DNA of 64,000 nt, from assembly GCA_963744995.1 (NCBI GenBank), contig CAVUWA010000002.1, positions 1,172,079 to 1,236,078 on the forward strand, read 5' to 3'. Below the pieces are notes generated by a model. That model saw only the letters and a list, made by a program, of their open reading frames with translations, ran no database searches and was not told the DNA's origin. Both the position numbers and the translations under genes were made by a program. This DNA is from Candidatus Eiseniibacteriota bacterium (GTDB lineage Bacteria > Eisenbacteria > RBG-16-71-46). Below are positions 18,710 through 29,710 of this stretch, piece after piece (the stretch's first letter is position 1; each line of letters opens with the position of its first letter).

Positions 18710-21508
18710 TTGGACGACCACGCGATACGCCCGGGCGCGCCCATCGAGGTGCGCGGCGCCCGCCAGCACAATCTCCGCAACATCGACGTCGACATCCCGC
18801 GCGGCGGCCTGACGGTCGTCACCGGCGTGTCCGGTTCGGGGAAGTCCTCGCTCGCCTTCGATACGCTCTACGCCGAGGGGCAGCGCCGTTACGTCGAGTC
18901 GGTGTCGACTTACGCCCGGCAGTTCCTCGACCGCCTGCCCCGTCCCGACGTGGACGTCATCCACGGGCTCATGCCGGCGGTGGCGATCCGTCAGGTTTCC
19001 GCGGCACGCAGCGCGCGCTCGACGGTGGGCACCGCGACCGAGATCCACGACTACCTGCGTCTGCTGTTCGCCCGGCTCGGCACGGTGCACTGCGGCACGT
19101 GCGGGGAGCCGGTGCGCGCCGACAGTCCCGAGCGGGTCGTTCAGGAGAGCGCCGCATGGGAGGCGGGCGGGCGGCTGCTCGTTCTCGCCGAAAACCCCGC
19201 CGTGACGGGCACCGGCTGGAAGGAGCAGGTGGCGCACCTCGTGAAGGCCGGGTTCACCCGCATCCGGATCCGCGGCGCGGTCGTCGCGCTCGATCCGGCG
19301 CCCCGACTGCCGCGCGGGACGACATCCGTCGAGCTCGTCATCGACCGGTTCACCTGGCGCGCCGGCGAAGCCCAGCGCCTGGCCGAGGCCGCGGAGCTGG
19401 CGTTCCGCCGCGGCGACGGGCGGCTGCGTCTCGTGCTCGGCGATCGGGATCTCGGCATGCGCAGCGAGCGATGGGAATGCTCGAACTGCGGCGCCGCGGC
19501 GCTGCGCCCGGAACCCACGCTGTTCTCGTTCAACAGCCCCTACGGCGTGTGTCCGGTCTGCCGCGGCTTCGGCAACGTGCTCACGTTCACGCCCGAGCGC
19601 ATCGTTCCCGATCCGGCGAAGACCCTGCGCGAAGGGGCGATCGATCCATGGGCGCGCTCGTGGCGCTCGGTGGCGTGGCCGCGGCTGCAGAAATTCGCCG
19701 CGGCCGAGGACATTCCGCTCGACACGCCCTGGCGTCGCCTCAGCGCCGCGCACCGGCGCCTGCTGCTCGAGGGCGGCAAAGGGTTCCGCGGGGCGATCCC
19801 GTTCCTCGAGCGCCTGCAGGCCAAGTCGTACAAGGCGGGCAATCGCTTCATCGTCAAGCGCTACCAGGAGGCGCTGCCCTGTAGCGCGTGCGGCGGCGCG
19901 CGGCTGCGGCCCGAGGCGCTGCGGGTGCGCCTTGGCGGCCGGCACATCGCGGAAGTCGCGGCGCTGACGGTGCTCGAGGCGGCGGCGTTCGCGGACGCGC
20001 TGCCGCTCGATGACTCCGGCCGGCGGATCGCGGGCCACGTGCTCGGCGAGCTGCGTTCGCGGCTCGAATTCCTCGAACGCGTGGACCTCGGCTACCTCAC
20101 GCTCGACCGCATGACGCGCACCCTGTCGGGCGGCGAGGCCCAGCGGATCGAGCTCGCCAACGCGCTGGGTGCGCATCTGGCCGACACGCTGTATGTGCTC
20201 GACGAGCCGACCGTGGGTCTGCACCCGCGCGATACGGCACGGCTGCTCGAGATCCTCGAATCCCTCGCCGGGCGCGGCAATACGCTCGTGGTGGTGGAGC
20301 ACGAACCGATGCTGATGCGCGCCGCCGATCATCTCATCGATCTCGGCCCGGGGGCGGGAGAGCAGGGCGGGCGCATCCTGTTCGCGGGGCCCGGCGCGGC
20401 GATCCTCGAGCAGAGGGACTCCGAAACCGCCGCGTATCTGCGCGGCGAGAAGCAGGTCGGGCGGCGCCGGGCGGACGGCGAGCCGGAGGCGTTCATCGAA
20501 GTGCGCGGCGCGCGGCATCACAATCTGCAGGGCATCGACGCGCGCTTTCCGATCGGACGGCTGACCGCGGTGACCGGCGTCTCGGGCTCGGGAAAGAGCA
20601 GCCTGGTCGAGGACACGCTGTCGCAGGCGGCGCTGCGTGCGCTCGGCGCCGGCGGCGACGCCCCGCCCGGCGAGCATCGGGAAGTCACCGGGCTCGATGC
20701 GATCGAACGCGTGGTGATCGTGGACCAGTCGCCGATCGGGCGCACGCCGCGCTCGTGCCCGGTGACCTACATCGGCGCCTATACGCGGCTGCGGGAGATC
20801 TACGCGCGGCAGCCGGCGGCGCTCGCGCACGGGCTCAAGGACGGCGCCTTTTCGTTCAACACGCCGGGCGGCCGCTGCGAGCAGTGCCAGGGGGCGGGGT
20901 GGGTCACGGTGGAGATGTACTTCCTCGCCGACCTCATGGTGCCGTGCGAGACCTGCGACGGCGCGCGCTTCCGCCGCGAGGTGCTGGACGTGCGCTATCG
21001 CGGGCTCAACATCCGCGAGGCCCTCGACCTCACTGTGGACCAGGCCTTCGAGCACTTCTCACGCGAGCCGCGCTTCACGCGTCCTCTCCACATCCTGCGG
21101 CGCGTCGGGCTCGGCTATCTGCGTCTCGGTCAGCCGGCGACCCAGCTGTCGGGCGGCGAGGCGCAACGGCTCAAGATCGCGCGTGAGCTCTCCGGCCGCG
21201 GCGCCGGACGGGCGCTCTACGTGCTCGACGAGCCGACCGTGGGCCTGCACTTCGCCGACGTGCAGCGACTGCTCGACGTTCTCGACGACCTCATCGGTCG
21301 CGGCGATACCGTGGTGGTCGTCGAGCACAACCTCGATGTCGTGCGCAACTGCGACTGGATCGTGGATCTCGGGCCCGGCGGGGGCGAGGCGGGCGGCCGC
21401 CTGATAGCCGAAGGCCCGCCGGAGGCCGTCATGGCGGCGTCCGACTCGTGGACGGGCCGATTCCTGAAAGCGGAAGGGATCCGCCGCACCCCGGCGATCT
21501 CGCCGTAG
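18710..21508 (+). CDS. uvrA: Excinuclease ABC subunit A
   Basis: Two [10 protein letters not shown], two LSGGEAQR, zinc fingers, LDEPTVGLH. Confidence 0.95.
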   Translation: MDDHAIRPGAPIEVRGARQHNLRNIDVDIPRGGLTVVTGVSGSGKSSLAFDTLYAEGQRRYVESVSTYARQFLDRLPRPDVDVIHGLMPAVAIRQVSAARSARSTVGTATEIHDYLRLLFARLGTVHCGTCGEPVRADSPERVVQESAAWEAGGRLLVLAENPAVTGTGWKEQVAHLVKAGFTRIRIRGAVVALDPAPRLPRGTTSVELVIDRFTWRAGEAQRLAEAAELAFRRGDGRLRLVLGDRDLGMRSERWECSNCGAAALRPEPTLFSFNSPYGVCPVCRGFGNVLTFTPERIVPDPAKTLREGAIDPWARSWRSVAWPRLQKFAAAEDIPLDTPWRRLSAAHRRLLLEGGKGFRGAIPFLERLQAKSYKAGNRFIVKRYQEALPCSACGGARLRPEALRVRLGGRHIAEVAALTVLEAAAFADALPLDDSGRRIAGHVLGELRSRLEFLERVDLGYLTLDRMTRTLSGGEAQRIELANALGAHLADTLYVLDEPTVGLHPRDTARLLEILESLAGRGNTLVVVEHEPMLMRAADHLIDLGPGAGEQGGRILFAGPGAAILEQRDSETAAYLRGEKQVGRRRADGEPEAFIEVRGARHHNLQGIDARFPIGRLTAVTGVSGSGKSSLVEDTLSQAALRALGAGGDAPPGEHREVTGLDAIERVVIVDQSPIGRTPRSCPVTYIGAYTRLREIYARQPAALAHGLKDGAFSFNTPGGRCEQCQGAGWVTVEMYFLADLMVPCETCDGARFRREVLDVRYRGLNIREALDLTVDQAFEHFSREPRFTRPLHILRRVGLGYLRLGQPATQLSGGEAQRLKIARELSGRGAGRALYVLDEPTVGLHFADVQRLLDVLDDLIGRGDTVVVVEHNLDVVRNCDWIVDLGPGGGEAGGRLIAEGPPEAVMAASDSWTGRFLKAEGIRRTPAISP

Positions 21509-21550
21509 ACCCCGAGGCCGGGGAAAGACCGCCGCGCGGGCGGCCGCGGC

Positions 21551-22375
21551 TCAGTCCTCGCGCACCCGGTCTTCGTTCGCCGCAGGCGTCCTCAGTACCA
21601 TCGGATTGCGCACCAGGAACAGGCCGACCTGCAGCCGGTCCTGAAGGCCGAGCTTCGCCAGCACGCGGCCGACGTGCTTCTTCACGGTCGCCTCGCTGAT
21701 GTCGAGCGCGCTCGCGATCTCCTTGTTGGAGAGCCCCCGCGAGATGTGCGCGGCCACCGTGCGCTCGCGATCCGAGAGCGGCTGCCGGCGGTCCTCGTGC
21801 GTGAAGTGGTCGTCATGGGTCTCTTCCGCGTGACAGGTCTGCCCCGCGTGGACGAGCCGGATCGCTTCCAGCAGGGTCGAAGACTCCGCATTGCGGCGCA
21901 CCGTGCCACGGGCGCCGTGCTGCGCGGCGATGCGCAGGCAGGTCGTGCCGTGCGAGCAGAGCTGCGGACCCTGGCCAAGGAAGCGACCGTTGGTCCCGGA
22001 CGAGAAATCCACGGGCATGGGTGGATTGAGCACCAAACAGTGCTTGTGCGAGTGCTCGCTCAGCCCCACGACCCGCAGCTGGGGATGCGCCGTGAGGATC
22101 GCCGGCAGCGCCTCGTCGCTCCCCAGGCCAGGGAGCGTGAGCGTGAGCAGCAGCACGTCGGGTACATGCTCGCGGCACGCTTCGATCGTGTCTTCGATCG
22201 TCTGTGTGGCGCCGATCACGTCCATGTCGGCTTCACGTTCGAGCAGCGCCATCAGTCCGGCGCGGTCAATCGCATTCTCGTCTGCCACGATCAGCCGGAT
22301 GCGCTCGAGCGCATGACCATTTGTCCGGTGATCTGACCGGGATGTCGACTTCCGTTTCGCCACGAGCCTCTCCAT
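21551..22375 (-). CDS. Atypical NarL/LuxR-family regulator with degenerate receiver domain
   Basis: LSDRE...GLSNKEIA...TVKKHV LuxR HTH; REC-like N-terminus; start 22375 or GTG 22363. Confidence 0.85.
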   Translation of the reverse strand: MERLVAKRKSTSRSDHRTNGHALERIRLIVADENAIDRAGLMALLEREADMDVIGATQTIEDTIEACREHVPDVLLLTLTLPGLGSDEALPAILTAHPQLRVVGLSEHSHKHCLVLNPPMPVDFSSGTNGRFLGQGPQLCSHGTTCLRIAAQHGARGTVRRNAESSTLLEAIRLVHAGQTCHAEETHDDHFTHEDRRQPLSDRERTVAAHISRGLSNKEIASALDISEATVKKHVGRVLAKLGLQDRLQVGLFLVRNPMVLRTPAANEDRVRED

Positions 22376-22538
22376 TCGACGAAGGTCTACCCGCAGGATG
22401 CCCACTACTTTTGGAGCATACCGCCGTCCGGCGGGGAAACAAAGCTGACCGGCAGGAAACGCGGGCGGGCCCGGGAGCGCTCGAGCCCCGGGGCCCGCGG
22501 CGCTTGAACGCCCCCGGCCCGGGGCGCAGTCTCCGGTC

Positions 22539-23987
22539 ATGAGCGCCGCCTCCGATGTGCCGGTCGAGGTCGGACCGTTCCGCTGGCGCATCCCCGCCGA
22601 AGGGGAGATGCGCGTCCCCGGCATCCTGTTTGCCGACCGGCCGTTACTCGAAAAGATGCAGTCCGATCGAACCCTGACCCAGGTGCGCAATGCGGCGCAC
22701 CTGCCCGGCATCATCGAGGCCTCGATCGCCATGCCGGATGCGCACTGGGGCTACGGGCTCCCGGTCGGCGGGGTCATCGCCACGGACCCGGTCGAGGGCG
22801 TGGTCTCTCCCGGGGCGGTCGGTTACGACATCGGCTGCGGGGTGCGGCTGCTGCGATCGCAGCTGACGCGCGCGGATCTCGAACCGCACGCCGAGCGGCT
22901 GGCCGATGCGCTCTTCCGTCACGTGCCGTGCGGGGTCGGCTCGCACGGCGCGGTCCACGTGGCGAAGGGTGAGATGCGGCGGGTGCTGGAACGCGGCGCG
23001 GCGTGGGCCGTGCGTCGCGGCATGGGCTGGAACTCGGACCTCGACCACTGCGAGGAGGGCGGCGCGCTGGCCGACGCCGATCCCGGCGCCGCAAGCGACG
23101 CCGCGCTCGCGCGCGGCGCCGGGCAGCTCGGTACGCTCGGCTCGGGCAATCACTTTCTCGAGGTGCAGGTCGTGGACCGCGTCTTCGACGCCGCTGCCGC
23201 CCGGGTGATGGGTCTCGAGCCCGGAACGGTCACGGTGATGATCCACTGCGGTTCACGCGGCTTCGGCCATCAGATCTGCACCGATTACGTTCGACGGGTG
23301 ATGCGCCGGATGCAGGCGTGGGGCATCACGCTGCCCGACCGGCAGCTCGCGTGCGCACCGCTCGGCTCGCCCGAGGCACGCGCGTATCTGGGGGCGATGC
23401 GCGCCGCCGCCAATTTCGCCTGGGCGAACCGGCAGTGCATCGCGGACGGGGTGCGGCGTGCCTTCGAAGCGACGCTCGGCCGACCGGCCGAACGTCTCGG
23501 GCTGCATCTGGTCTACGACGTGGCCCACAACATCGCCAAGTTCGAGACCCACGCCACGTCCGCCGGGCCCACCCGCTGCCTCGTGCACCGCAAGGGCGCG
23601 ACGCGCTCGTTCCCCGCCGCTCACCCGGACGTCCCGGCGGCCTATCGCGACACCGGGCAGCCGGTGCTGGTGCCCGGCGACATGGGCCGCTACTCCTACG
23701 TGCTGGTCGGGCGGCCGGGCGCGATGGCGCACGCATTCGGTTCGAGCTGCCACGGCGCGGGACGCCAGATGAGCCGCACGCAGGCGGTGCGCGAGACCCG
23801 CGGGCGCGACCTCGCGGCCGAACTGCGCGGGATCGGCGTGCTGGTGCGCCATGAAGGCCGCGACACGTTGCGCGAGGAGACCATCGAAGCCTACAAGGAC
23901 GTGGCGGACGTCGTGCGCGTGGTCGAGGGCGCCGATCTCGCGCGCCGCGTGGCGCGGCTCAGGCCGTGGATCGTCGTGAAGGGGTGA
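22539..23987 (+). CDS. rtcB: RNA 2',3'-cyclic phosphate ligase
   Basis: MPDAHWGYG, GYDIGCGVR, GSGNHFLE, HCGSRGFG, AHN, HRKGATR, HGAGR, AYKDV. Confidence 0.96.
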   Translation: MSAASDVPVEVGPFRWRIPAEGEMRVPGILFADRPLLEKMQSDRTLTQVRNAAHLPGIIEASIAMPDAHWGYGLPVGGVIATDPVEGVVSPGAVGYDIGCGVRLLRSQLTRADLEPHAERLADALFRHVPCGVGSHGAVHVAKGEMRRVLERGAAWAVRRGMGWNSDLDHCEEGGALADADPGAASDAALARGAGQLGTLGSGNHFLEVQVVDRVFDAAAARVMGLEPGTVTVMIHCGSRGFGHQICTDYVRRVMRRMQAWGITLPDRQLACAPLGSPEARAYLGAMRAAANFAWANRQCIADGVRRAFEATLGRPAERLGLHLVYDVAHNIAKFETHATSAGPTRCLVHRKGATRSFPAAHPDVPAAYRDTGQPVLVPGDMGRYSYVLVGRPGAMAHAFGSSCHGAGRQMSRTQAVRETRGRDLAAELRGIGVLVRHEGRDTLREETIEAYKDVADVVRVVEGADLARRVARLRPWIVVKG

Positions 23988-24040
23988 GATCGCGGTAGCC
24001 CTCGCGCGCCCGATGGCGCGCACGCGCGGCGCGAGCCGGG

Positions 24041-24946
24041 TCAGACGGCGATGAGCGCTTCGGGCAGGCCGCGCTCGCGCGCGACGGTCGCCGCCTCCGA
24101 GCCGCCGAGCACGGCGTCCTCGACGACGATCCCGCGAAAGAGCTCCAGCGGGACCATCTCGAAGTAGACGTTGCGCGGCCTGACGCCCGCGGGCGGGGCG
24201 TCCCAGATCTCGTCAGGCGCCTGTTCCACGATCCGCAGCGCGGGGGTTCCCGCGGGCAGGAACTTGCGCCGGCTCGCGAGAACGTAGACCGGCACCGAAC
24301 GCTCGCGCGCCGCGAGCGCCGCGGCGTAGGAGCCGACCTTGTTGATGACGCCCTGCTCGGTGATCGCGTCGGCGCCGAGCCACACCATCCCCGCGCTGCC
24401 GATGAGCAGCGGCAGCGCCGCGTCGCTCGTGAGCCACACCGGGATGCCGGCAGCGGCGAGCGCCGTCGCCAGGGCGCGACCTTCGAACAGCGGTCGGCCC
24501 TCGCCGATCAGGGCCCGCGGCCCGCGACCGGCGGCGTGCGCCGCCAGCAGCGCGTCGCGGACGGTGCCGCTCGACGACAGCGTCGCGATCCAGGTTTCCG
24601 ACTCGGTCACGAGGCCGCGGGCGAACCGGGCGATGTCGCGCGAGGACTGCGCGAGGTCCTCGCGCTCGGCATGGCACGAGGCGGCGAGCACCTCGCGCAC
24701 GGCGGGGGCCGGATCCTCACGCCGGAGCGCCGTGTCGGTGACGTCCAGCGCGCGCGCCGCCAGCTGATGGACCAGACCCATCGTCGGCTGCGCCGCCTGC
24801 GCCTCGCGCAGGAACGTGAGCAGCGCGCCGCGCAGCGCCGGCCCCGAGGGCGAGCGGTCGACGGCGACCCAGCGCTCGAGGGCATCGAGGAAGCTCGCCC
24901 CGACGGCGCCCGAGCCCGCGCGGTGGTCGGCCTTGAAGTCGTTCAT
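24041..24946 (-). CDS. eIF-2B alpha/beta/delta-like (R15P isomerase/MtnA fold) protein
   Basis: TLSSSGTV, EGRPLFEG, GADAI, INKVGS, NVYFE. Confidence 0.85.
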   Translation of the reverse strand: MNDFKADHRAGSGAVGASFLDALERWVAVDRSPSGPALRGALLTFLREAQAAQPTMGLVHQLAARALDVTDTALRREDPAPAVREVLAASCHAEREDLAQSSRDIARFARGLVTESETWIATLSSSGTVRDALLAAHAAGRGPRALIGEGRPLFEGRALATALAAAGIPVWLTSDAALPLLIGSAGMVWLGADAITEQGVINKVGSYAAALAARERSVPVYVLASRRKFLPAGTPALRIVEQAPDEIWDAPPAGVRPRNVYFEMVPLELFRGIVVEDAVLGGSEAATVARERGLPEALIAV

Positions 24947-25180
24947 GGGGCGCACACTAGCCGGAAGGCCGGATGGCCGCCAGCGGCGCCGGTGCGGGGC
25001 CTCGACGGACGGCGTTGGCAGCCCCGGGCCACTATGGTAACTTGGCATCTGCCAACTTCTTTCGCCGCCGCCTTCCGCGCGAATCGAGCGCGGAGCCGGT
25101 GGATTTTCTGCTGCCCGGAAGCGCCGTGCGCGTCGCGCCGGCCCGGGCGGGGCCACGTCGATGAGGATTTCGAGCACCGC

Positions 25181-27859
25181 ATGGCCACCGAAGTCGCCGA
25201 ACTGATCCAGCATCAGCTCCTGCCCCGCGTCTCCAAGCCGAACCGCTACCTCTCGAACGCGCTGCACGTGCCGCGCAAGCCGCTCGACGAGGCGCAGGTC
25301 AAGGTGCTGCTCGCGTTTCCGGATGCCTACGAAATCGGCCTGTCGAACATCGGCATCCGGATCATCCATCACGTCCTGAATGCGCGCCCCGACGTGGCGG
25401 CCGAGCTCACGTTCGCGCCGTGGCCGGACGCCGAGGCCGAGATGCGCCGCATCGGCATTCCGCTGTTCTCGCTCGACACGCACGCGGCCGCGGATCGTTT
25501 CGACGTCATCGGTTTCTCGCTCCAGTACGAGCTGCAGTACACGAACGTCCTCAACATGCTCGACCTGGCCGGGCTGCCGCTCAAGACCGTCGACCGCGAC
25601 GCGCGGCATCCGCTGATCATCGCCGGCGGCGCGCAGGCGTTCAGCCCCGAGCCGATGGCCGAGTTCATCGACGCGTTCGTGATCGGCGACGGCGAGGAGA
25701 TCATTCACGAGGTCGTCGACCTCGCCGGTCGCGCGAAGCGCGAGGGCTGGCCACGGCCGCGTCTGCTGCGGACGCTCGCCGGCGTGCGCGGCGTGTACGT
25801 GCCGTGGGGCTACGTGACCACGGCGAGCACCGAAGGCTGGCTCGTGCCGAAGCCGCGCGCCGGCTTCCCGGCGCGGGTCCGTTCCGCCTGGGTGGACGCG
25901 CTCAGGAGCGAGTACTACCCGGCGGCGCCGATGCTGCCGGTCGGCGAGATCACGCACGACCGCCTCTCGGTCGAAATCATGCGCGGCTGCACGCGCGGCT
26001 GCCGTTTCTGCCAGGCCGGAATGATCAACCGGCCGGTGCGCGAGAAGCCGGCGCAGCAGATCGTGGAAGAGGTGCTGGGCGGACTGCGTTCGACCGGGCT
26101 CGAGGAGGTTTCGCTGATCTCGCTCTCGAGCACCGACCACACGCAGATCGTCGAGCAGGTGAACACGCTGGCCGACGAGCTGTGCCCGACGCGCGTGCAG
26201 ATCTCGCTGCCGTCCACGCGGCCGGACAACGTGCCGGTCGACGTGGCGCGGCGCATGGCGGCGCAGAAGAAGGGCTCGATCACGCTCGCCCCCGAGGCGG
26301 GCACGCAACGGATGCGCGACGTAATCAACAAGAACCACACCGAGGAGGAGCTGCTGAACTCGGTGGCGACCGCCGCCCGCGAGGGCTACACGAGCGCCAA
26401 GCTGTACTTCATGTGCGGGCTGCCGGGGGAGACCGACGACGACCTGCGCGGGATCATCGACCTCGCCCACAAGGCGTGGAAGACGGCGCGCGACCAGGGC
26501 CGCCGGAACTTCCGGATCACCGCCAGCGTCTCGCCGCACGTGCCCAAGCCCCACACGCCGTTCGCATGGGCGGAACAGGTGTCGACCGCGGAACTCAACC
26601 GCCGGCTCGGCGTGCTGCGCGAGGCGGTGAAGGGCACGCCCGTCACGCTCAAGTACCGCGACGCCGAGACGTCGCTGCTCGAGGGCGTGTTCACGCGCGG
26701 CGACCGGCGGCTCGGTCTCGCCGTGGAAGAGGCCTGGCGCCGCGGCTGCCGTTTCGACGCCTGGTCGGAGCATCTGCGCTGGGATACGTGGATGAAGGTG
26801 TTCCGCGACCTGGGGCTCGATCCCGAACGCCCGCTCATCGAGCGTTCCACCGAGCTCGAGCAGCCCTGGGACGTCGTGCAGTCGCCGGTCACCCGCAAGT
26901 TCCTGGTGCGCGAAAAGGTGCGCGCCGACCGCGCCGCGATCACCGAGGACTGCCGGCTGGAAGACGTGTGCTTCTCGTGCGGGGTCGACGACTGCCCGCA
27001 GCGGCCGTGGGTGAAGACGCCCCACGCGCCGATCGATGTGCCCCGCGCGCATGCGCGGGTCGAACAGACGTTTGGTCGTGCCAGGCGCCGCGGCGCCGCC
27101 CGCTCCGGACAGCGTCCGGGGACGGGCGTCCAGACCGCGACGCGTTTCCGGATCGTGTTCGAAAAGGGGGCCGGGATGCGCTTCACTTCGCACCTCGACC
27201 TCATGCGCACCTGGGAGCGGTCGTTGCGCCGCGCCGGGCTGCCGCTTGCATTCACCCAGGGACACCGGCCGCATCTCAAGCTGTCGTTCGGTCCGCCGTT
27301 GCCGCTGGGTTACCGTTCCCGGGCCGAAGCATTCGACCTGGAGTTTTCCCGGCCGCCGGGTGTGGACCTGGCGGAGCGGCTCAACGACGTGTTGCCGCCG
27401 GGACTTCGGGTGGAGGGCTACCGGCCCATCCTGTTCAAGACACCTTCGCTCATGAGCCAGATCGGCGGCGCCACGTACCGCGTGCGCTTCCCCCGGCCGT
27501 TCCTCGACGCTGCGGGTCTCGATGCCGAGACGCTCGTCGGGACGCTGCGTGACGCCATCCGCCGGCTGCTCGACCGCGACCATCTGATCGTCCGGCGGCA
27601 GAGCGAAGCACAGACCCGTGAATTCGACGCCAAACCTTCCATCCTGTTCATCGAAGCCAGCGACGACGAGGCGCCCGGCGTGCTCACGCTCGGGATCCGC
27701 TTCACGGTCCGCGCGCAGCCGCGCCCGGAGGAAATCGTCGCCATGATGTTCCCGGATTCCGACCCGCGGTCGCTCGACGTCGAGCGGATGATGCTGTGGG
27801 CGGAGGTCGGGGGACAGCGGCTCGATCCGCTTGCGCTGCTGCACGCCGGAACCGGATAG
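25181..27859 (+). CDS. B12-binding radical SAM protein fused to a radical-SAM-linked domain (TIGR03960/TIGR03936 type)
   Basis: FPDAYEIG, RGCTRGCRFC, APEAG, PKPHTPF; C-terminal RFTSHLD...FTQG.RPH.KLSFGPPLPLG. Confidence 0.92.
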   Translation: MATEVAELIQHQLLPRVSKPNRYLSNALHVPRKPLDEAQVKVLLAFPDAYEIGLSNIGIRIIHHVLNARPDVAAELTFAPWPDAEAEMRRIGIPLFSLDTHAAADRFDVIGFSLQYELQYTNVLNMLDLAGLPLKTVDRDARHPLIIAGGAQAFSPEPMAEFIDAFVIGDGEEIIHEVVDLAGRAKREGWPRPRLLRTLAGVRGVYVPWGYVTTASTEGWLVPKPRAGFPARVRSAWVDALRSEYYPAAPMLPVGEITHDRLSVEIMRGCTRGCRFCQAGMINRPVREKPAQQIVEEVLGGLRSTGLEEVSLISLSSTDHTQIVEQVNTLADELCPTRVQISLPSTRPDNVPVDVARRMAAQKKGSITLAPEAGTQRMRDVINKNHTEEELLNSVATAAREGYTSAKLYFMCGLPGETDDDLRGIIDLAHKAWKTARDQGRRNFRITASVSPHVPKPHTPFAWAEQVSTAELNRRLGVLREAVKGTPVTLKYRDAETSLLEGVFTRGDRRLGLAVEEAWRRGCRFDAWSEHLRWDTWMKVFRDLGLDPERPLIERSTELEQPWDVVQSPVTRKFLVREKVRADRAAITEDCRLEDVCFSCGVDDCPQRPWVKTPHAPIDVPRAHARVEQTFGRARRRGAARSGQRPGTGVQTATRFRIVFEKGAGMRFTSHLDLMRTWERSLRRAGLPLAFTQGHRPHLKLSFGPPLPLGYRSRAEAFDLEFSRPPGVDLAERLNDVLPPGLRVEGYRPILFKTPSLMSQIGGATYRVRFPRPFLDAAGLDAETLVGTLRDAIRRLLDRDHLIVRRQSEAQTREFDAKPSILFIEASDDEAPGVLTLGIRFTVRAQPRPEEIVAMMFPDSDPRSLDVERMMLWAEVGGQRLDPLALLHAGTG

Positions 27860-27894
27860 ACGTCAGGCTTCGCACGGGGTTCAAGGAATCCCCT

Positions 27895-29433
27895 GTGAAA
27901 CAGCGCATCATCATCAACGCGGACGCGTACGAAACCCGCGTCGCCATCCTCGAAGACGACGCGGTCGCCGAGCTGTTCGTCGAGCGCGCCGACCAGCGCC
28001 GCCACGTCGGCAACATCTACAAGGGCCGGGTGAACGCCGTGCTGCCCGGCATGCAGGCCGCCTTCGTCGATCTCGGCCTCGCCAAGACCGGCTTCCTCCA
28101 CGCTTCGGATCTCGCCGAGAACCTGAGCGCGCTCGATGAGAGTGACCTGGAGGACAATGGGCATCGGCGCCGCCGCGCGCCGGTGCCCAAGATCGAGGAC
28201 CATCTCAAGAAGGGCCAGGAGATCATGGTGCAGATCACCAAGGAGTCGATCGGCACCAAGGGTCCGCGCGTGACCCAGCAGCTGAGCCTGCCGGGCCGCT
28301 TCTGCGTGCTGATGCCCGGCGTCGACCATTCCGGGGTCTCGCGGCGGATCGAAGAGCGCGCCGAGCGCCAGCGCATCAAGGCGATCATCTCGGACCAGAA
28401 GCCCAAGGGCGTCGGCCTGATCGCCCGCACGGCGGGCGAGGGCAAGGGCGAAGCCGACTTCGTCGCCGACGTCAAGCATCTGGTCAAGCTCTGGCAGAAG
28501 ATCGAGCGCAAAGGGAAGACGGTGCGCGCGCCGGGCCTGGTACACGCCGAGCTGGAGATGACCGCCGGGCTGATCCGCGACCTGTTCACCGACGAGGTCG
28601 AAGAGGTGATCATCGACGATCCGCGCGCGTTCAAGGAGATCCAGGCCTACATGAAGTCGGTGTCGCCCGAGCTGTGCGAGCGCGTCAAGCTCTACGGCGG
28701 GCAGGTCCCGATCTTCGATGCGTTCGGCATCGAGAGCGAGATCGAGAAGACCTTCGAGCGCAAGGTGTGGCTCAAGAAAGGCGGCTACATCTGCATCGAT
28801 CACGCCGAGGCGCTCGTGGCGATCGACGTGAACACCGGCCGCTTCACCGGCAAGAAGAACCAGGAGGAAACGATCCTCCGCACCAATCTCGAGGCCGCGC
28901 GCGAGATCCCGCGCCAGCTGCGACTGCGCGACATCGGCGGGATCATCGTGATCGACTTCATCGACATGGAGATCGAAGCCAACAAGCGCGCCGTGATCGA
29001 CGACCTGCGCCACGAGCTGCGCAAGGACCGCGCGCGCACCAAGGCGTTCGCCGTGTCCGACCTCGGCCTGGTCGAAATGACGCGCCAGCGCGAGCGCTCG
29101 AGCCTGCTGCACTACTACACGCAGGACTGTCCGACCTGCGCGGGCCTCGGCAAGGTGCCGTCGTCCGAGACGATGCTGGTGCGCCTCGAGCGCGCCATGC
29201 GCCGCGTCTCCGCTGCGGGCGGCCATCGCCGCATCACCGTGAAGGTGCATCCCGACGTCGCGCTGTTCTTCGTCGAGCAGGAGGGACGCCGCTTCGCCGA
29301 GCTCGAGAAGCGCTTCAAGCTGAACGTCGACCTCAAGGACGACCCACAGCTCAAGCAGGGCGAGATGAAGGTGATCACGGTGAAGAAGCAGGACATCACC
29401 AAGGACGTGGTGGGAGCGATTCCGGGGATGTGA
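27895..29433 (+). CDS. rng: Ribonuclease E/G
   Basis: GNIYKGRV...PGMQAAFVD, GTKGPR, IDVNTG, LRDIGGIIVIDFIDM. Confidence 0.93.
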   Translation: MKQRIIINADAYETRVAILEDDAVAELFVERADQRRHVGNIYKGRVNAVLPGMQAAFVDLGLAKTGFLHASDLAENLSALDESDLEDNGHRRRRAPVPKIEDHLKKGQEIMVQITKESIGTKGPRVTQQLSLPGRFCVLMPGVDHSGVSRRIEERAERQRIKAIISDQKPKGVGLIARTAGEGKGEADFVADVKHLVKLWQKIERKGKTVRAPGLVHAELEMTAGLIRDLFTDEVEEVIIDDPRAFKEIQAYMKSVSPELCERVKLYGGQVPIFDAFGIESEIEKTFERKVWLKKGGYICIDHAEALVAIDVNTGRFTGKKNQEETILRTNLEAAREIPRQLRLRDIGGIIVIDFIDMEIEANKRAVIDDLRHELRKDRARTKAFAVSDLGLVEMTRQRERSSLLHYYTQDCPTCAGLGKVPSSETMLVRLERAMRRVSAAGGHRRITVKVHPDVALFFVEQEGRRFAELEKRFKLNVDLKDDPQLKQGEMKVITVKKQDITKDVVGAIPGM

Positions 29434-29479
29434 TCCGGCGCAGGGTCAGAGGGCCGGCACGCCCTGCAACGCCTCTCCG

Positions 29480-29710
29480 TGAGGTGACCTGCGCGCTCCG
29501 GGACATGCCGCGCCGCGCGGGCCAGCCGGCGGGCACGGCGATGAGATCGCGACCCGCGTTCTCGGTCGTTCCGGAAGGACGCAGTCCGGCGTCGGTCACG
29601 TCCAGGAACTGGTACGCACCGAGCGCCTCGATCGTCTCGATCAGATCTTGCCTCGTGTAGCCGAAGCGGGCCATGTTCTCGTCGGCTTCGAGCACCAGCG
29701 CCGGCCGAAG
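29480..29710 (-). pseudogene. C-terminal fragment resembling an FkbM-type methyltransferase
   Basis: LRPALVLEADENMARFGYTRQDLIETIEALGAY with no N-terminal part. Confidence 0.35.

Noticed and set aside
25042..25055. Palindrome TTGGCA-TC-TGCCAA upstream of the radical SAM gene
   Set aside because: Single 6-bp inverted repeat with no second copy seen
15171..27844. Very long antisense ORFs (15171-17876, 18437-21055, most of 24041-27844)
   Set aside because: Shadows of high-GC genes on the opposite strand; no motifs
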